Part shown: in pieces, positions 58,844 through 64,000 of the stretch
Layout of the letters: each line of letters opens with the position of its first letter
Numbering within the stretch: position 1 is the stretch's first letter
Assembly (NCBI GenBank): GCA_964187785.1
Contig: OZ076413.1
Location: 44,332,001-44,396,000, forward strand
From: Amphiscolops sp. MND2022
Lineage: Eukaryota
DNA: 64,000 nt
Direction: 5' to 3'
Notes under the pieces: model-generated
What the model saw: the letters and a program-made list of their open reading frames with translations, nothing else
Told to the model about the DNA's origin: nothing
Database searches by the model: none
Made by a program: the position numbers and the translations under genes

Positions 58844-60101
58844 ATGTGATAGTAGGTATATTGAGGTCTCGTTCAAAATCAATGTGTACTACTTCAAAAG
58901 GAGCAGGAGAAGTTTTATGTTCTCTCTTTGAGACGTGAAATATTGGATGTGGATTTAAACCTTGGAATTTGACTTTGACTTCAAATTTGAGTTCTAGGTT
59001 CGGTGTCTGAAGGCGTTTTAGTTCTGTTTCCTTTCTTTTGTGAGATGAGAGATCGTTGTTTGTAATGAAACGTTCTGCGAGGATAGGAAATCTAGGATCG
59101 TGCTGTGGTTATACCATCGACTCTAAGTGGGTAGTCAGCAAAATTTGGAGTTGGAGGTCTAGATTGATCTGCATTATAATATTCAGGTATTCTAATATGT
59201 GCGGGAACAGAAGTAGGTATTATAACTTCTGAGAAACGATTTCCGGAAAAGAATGCAGTCTGAGCGTCTGAGGAAAGTAGAGAAGCGGTGTCAAAACCAG
59301 ATGTAAAATATGGAGAAGGTATAAAGTCTGAAGAATTTGTTTTAGAAGACAACGGTTGAGCGTGTTGTCGTAGAAGTCTTGAAGTAGAATTGCTAGAAAG
59401 AGCAGATAGGTTAAGTGTAGAAGTGTCTGTACTAAGTCTTCGTGAAGGAAGATCTCGAAGATTATATCTATGGTGTGGTACAAAAAGTGAGCCTGTTGTA
59501 TCTTGTGATGGAGTGTATTCTGATGTATTGTCTAAGAGATTTGATAGTGATGTAGAAGGTTTTCGAAGAGGTTTTAATGGTGGATAAAGTTTTGAAGAAG
59601 TAGTACTAAGTTCTGATGGTAATTTCAATGAAGGTAATTTTGTATATTAAGTATCAGGGATTTGTACAAGATTAAGCTGAGGTTGTAGTCTAACAGTTTT
59701 GATAGCTGTAGGATGTTTGTAATTTACGTATTGTTCAACACTTTAAAGGTTTGGTATGTGTACTATAGGAGTGTTAATAGGGGTTTGTTGAGTACGAGTG
59801 TTTATAGGTATTTCAGTTATAGGTGGTCTATGAAGGAGTGATGAAGATGTTGTTTCAGAAACGTATGATCTTGGTCTTTTAGAAGGAGTAGTAGGAGTTA
59901 CATTACTAGAGTTTGTAGTGTTCGATACTGAAGATTCAGGAGTAGAAGGAATACTTGGAGCTGATGGGGATATATCAGAGGAAGAATCCAGGATTCTTGA
60001 AATGTTTTCAACAGGTTATCTTTGAGATAACTTGTTATTGGTTATCTTTCATTCAGCTGTAGTGACTAGTTTTGAGTGAGCCAGCGGAGGGAATGATGAG
60101 G

Positions 60102-63100
60102 TTATAGTTTTGAGGATGTAATAAAAAGTCTATAATCTAATTTGGGTTGTTGTCGTAGTTTATAAATAGTTTTAGTGGTTCTGTCAATTAGAGGAGGAAG
60201 TGAAGTTGTTTGGTTATCAGAGGAGTGTCTTGATCTGTCACTAGAGATATTGCTGTGAGGGGTGTTAATTATATGTCTATATAAGGAGTTGTCTTTGGTT
60301 GAGGAAGTTAAAGACTTGTCATTAGATGTTGTAGATGGTGTATTTTGATTGGACGTACTAAATGACGATGGTGTCACAAATGTTTGAGAAGAATTATCTG
60401 TTGTGGATGGTGTCATGAATGTTTGAGAATCTTCGTCTGATAAGGATTCGTCTGAGTTAAAAGGGGAAGAATCACTGTTTGTATATTTGGTAGGTTGTGG
60501 AATTTGGAATTGAGTTGTGTCTGAAAAGCGCATGAAACTACGCAAATGTGGATATAAGAGTGGTTCTTTTGGATAATATGGAATTAAATGATTTCTATGA
60601 ACATGTATTGTAGAGCCATCTTGTGCAAGTAGTTCATATGTAACATCTGATAGTCTATCAATAATTTTGTATGGTCCAATCCGAAGGGGTTTTAGTTTGT
60701 CAGAAAAATGTACTTGTGTGAAATTGCGTTTTAAAACAAAGGTGCCAATAGGAAGGGGTTTTCCTTCGTGGTAAGTTTTCGTAATGTATGCGTGTGAATT
60801 GATTTTGCGTAAAGTGTTTTCGTATACTGTGGAATAAATTTGTAACATAGCAGTTTCTACGGCGAGAAACCAATGTGGAATGGGTTTTGAAAGTGTTTTA
60901 TAAAAAAAATGGGTTAAGATCTGATTTATCAGAGTGCGAGTGTTCTGGAAGTTGAGAGCAATAGCGTGAAATACATGTTTTAGAGGTGTCTCTGTTAAGA
61001 TTCAAATCGAACGTAAGGGGGATTCTGGGTCTGGTGTGAAAAACAATTTCATGAGGAGAAATACTGAGTTTTGAAAGTGGTTGTGAATTATGTGCATAAG
61101 CGTACATATGGACTTGGAATGCCCAATCTTTAGGTGTATCTTGTAAGAACATTCGTAGATGTGTACCAAGATTTCTGTTTTGTACTTCGACAAGGCCATT
61201 TGTCCAAGGAGAGTAAGCTGTTCTAGGAGAATGACGAATTCCCATAAGTGTACAAAGGTGTGCCATTTCTTTATTAACATATTCTGATCCACGATCAGTG
61301 ACAAGATATATGGGTGGTCCAAATTTAATAATCCAACGGTGTAGAAGAGTTTTGCTAGCAGTCTTTGCGTTGTTTGGTTTGATGGGTACTGTAACAACAA
61401 AGTGACTAAAAGCGTCAATTACTACAAGTATATATGATTTGTTGTGGGAAGGAGGATTAGTAGGTCCTTTAGTGTCCATTGAAATGCGGTAATTGAAGGA
61501 TGGAGCATGTTCTGAAAAGGGTTGTGTAGGAACAGTTTGAATTTTCATGTTGAAGTGTTTATTGCGTTGACATTCAATACAGTCATGTATAAAAATGGAA
61601 AGCCATTTTTCAACAAATGAAATGTAGTAATATTGTGCGAAAGTATTATATGTAATTTTGATGCCTGTATGGGAGTGTTCATGAAGTTTGTTAAAAACAG
61701 TTTTGAAGAGTCGAAATGGAAGACATATTCGAATAGTAGCGCGCACAAAATCTGGAGTAAAAGATTGGTTTAGAGTAGTAGGGTGTTTAGTATAAAGGCT
61801 AATAAGATTTGTGGAGTCATCTATAAAAATTTCTGAAAATCTTTTGTAATAAGCATGTAGAAAAGGAGTGCCAGTGATAAGTGGTGTTAGAGTTTCAGGT
61901 TTTTCTTTTTTTATGATCCAAGAATAAACAGTTCTAAGAACCGGGTCTTGGGATTGTTGTTGTTGAAGTGTTGTTATGTCTAATGAATAGTCATCTGGGA
62001 GGAAAAAACCTTGAAAATAGTTTTTGTTCCTAAAAAATGATGTATCATAGAAAGGTATAATCTGTGGACAATCTGTGAGAGATGGTAGATTTGGTTGTAC
62101 ATTTTTTGCAGAAACAGATTTTTGTGAGGAGTTTGGGGTTAATTGGTTAAGAGTAGAGTAGTTTTCTGTTTGTAATGTTGTGTCATGTAGGAAAGAAGAG
62201 TCAGATTTTGGAATTCTGGTATATATATGATCTTCGTCATCGCTTGTAACGTCAGTATCATTGAGTAAGAGAGATTGTTGAAGAAGGGTTTTATTGTTCT
62301 TTTTTATAGGTGTTTTGAACTTGGTTTGAAAAAGAGTTATAGATTTGAATGAGAAAGATTGTAGTGGTTTGACAACAATGTCATTTCCTTTATCATTGAT
62401 ACGAATAGAGAATTGGTCTGGTAAGCTTTCTTCATGTTTAATTAGGTAATGTACAGGTTTAAGAGTGTTATCTTGTAGAAGTGCAAAATCTATTTGTGCT
62501 GGAAGTTGTTTATGTTTTAATTGGTTGAGTTGTAATTCAGCTTTTGTAAAAGAGCGACTTAACATATCGGCAACAGAGAGATTTTTTCCAGGAGTGTGAA
62601 TTATTTTGAGTTTTGAAAATTTTGTTAACTGCATTTGAGCTCTGTAAAAACGAGGACTAAGGTTACCTTTCTTTGTAAAACAATGTAATAAAGGTTTGTG
62701 ATCAGTAAAAATGTGTATTGGATGGGGAGAACTAATGATAAGAAATTCAAAAATTTGGAGGGCATGTACTATACCAAGAAGTTCTCTATCAAGTGTGGAG
62801 AGTTTTTGTTCTTATGGGTTACGAGAGTTGTAAGATATAACTTTCATTTTGTTTTGTTCATTTAATTGGAATAAGACAGCGCCTAATCCAATAAGGGAAG
62901 CGTCAACTGTAATGAAAATTGGATGTTTTGTATTTGGTATTGTAAGTTCTGTTTCAGAAGTGAGAGACATTTTAAGTTTTCGGAAAAGACTTTCGTGTTC
63001 GTCTGTCCATTTCCAAGTAGTGTTCTCATGTAAAAGATCGTAAAATGGTTTGAGGTTAGTATGTAGTTTTTCAATAAATTTGGTGTAAAAATTGAGTGCA

Positions 63101-64000
63101 CCAATGAAACTCATTAGGGCAACTTTGCCAAGTGGAGAAGGGATTTTATGGATAGCTGCAATTTTCGAAAGGACTGGTTTAATTGTATTGTAACCAATTT
63201 CATGTCCAAGAAATTTGACTTTAAGAAGCATGAAAAAGGGTTTTTCAGGGGCTAGTTTAAGATTGTTATTTGTACTAATTATGTGTAGTTGTTCTATGTG
63301 TTGGAACATGTGTTCTTTAGAGTCAGATAAAAGTAATATATCGTCAATGTAGACAAGAGCAAAACCTTGTTCTATAAGAGTTTTAAAGAAGGTAGACATC
63401 TGTTTTGTAAAGAAGTTTGGGAGTCCTTTGAGACCATAAAAGCCTCGGATGAAAGCGGAAAGTTTATCTCCTGAGGAGAAACTGGTAAGTTTAATAGTGT
63501 CTTCATCAGAAGGTGTATGTGCATAGGCATACATAAGATCAATAGCAGATTTGTACTTTTTGTTTGCGCGTGCTAATTGTGGAGCGAGAGGTTCAATAGG
63601 CCAAGATTCATCAGATTGTTCTGTATTGGAGTTAAGATGTCGAGCGTCTAATACACCTTTTATAGTATCTCCCTTGAGGATTATAATGAGAGGGTTTAAA
63701 TAAGTTGTGCCATAAACGGGTTTGTCTTGTGGAGAGGAACCAATTTGTTTGATAATGTTATTTTTTCCGGTTCTTTGAGAAGTACATTAAGTTTGTCTCG
63801 GTAGTGAATAGGGACTTTAGAAGGACGTTGTGTCATAAGTTGAGCATTAGGTTTATGTCGAATACCGAAGGGTGTTGAAAGTTTTCCAACATCGTTTTTA
63901 TGAGTTGCATAACATGTTTTATACTTGAGTAACATATTGCAAAGAATAATGTATTCGGTGTCTGTAAGGTCAGAAAATTGGAAGTTAATTTTATTAATAA
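60102..64000 (-). pseudogene. pol (RT-RNase H-INT) of the giant element, copy B
   Basis: YIDDIL, TVDASLIGLGAVL, HEHSH..CIEC, MDTKGP, VTDRGSEY, NGLVE and IGPY motifs. Confidence 0.93.

Larger units (their letters stand above)
51845..64000 (-). mobile_element. Giant Ty3/Gypsy-type element with env, copy B (continues beyond the window)
   Basis: Colinear with 16591-25320 plus an extra 3.5 kb. Carries RT, RNase H, integrase, post-pol ORF, env and two downstream ORFs. Confidence 0.93.

Overview
Repeat-rich eukaryotic (metazoan, probably invertebrate) DNA with a 200-N gap at 29929-30128. Host genes: the 3' end of a tail-anchored protein gene (+), three 3' exons of an UNC93/MFSD11-like transporter (-), and a complete spliced cytosolic Hsp90 gene (+, 718 aa, ending MEDVD) with a heat-shock-element promoter, a TE-filled first intron and a ~109-bp satellite in intron 3. 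Most of the window is mobile DNA: a 1.7-kb solo LTR, two decayed ~5.2-5.4-kb Mag-like Ty3/Gypsy elements with LTRs and TSDs, hAT and MULE-like MITEs, and tRNA-derived SINEs. The main candidate for a novel system is two copies of a very large (>=17 kb reconstructed) Ty3/Gypsy-type element. After gag-pol it carries an envelope gene resembling chuvirus-type class III fusion glycoproteins, plus several conserved accessory ORFs, which suggests an endogenous retrovirus-like lineage. All coordinates were read by hand and no database searches were run.
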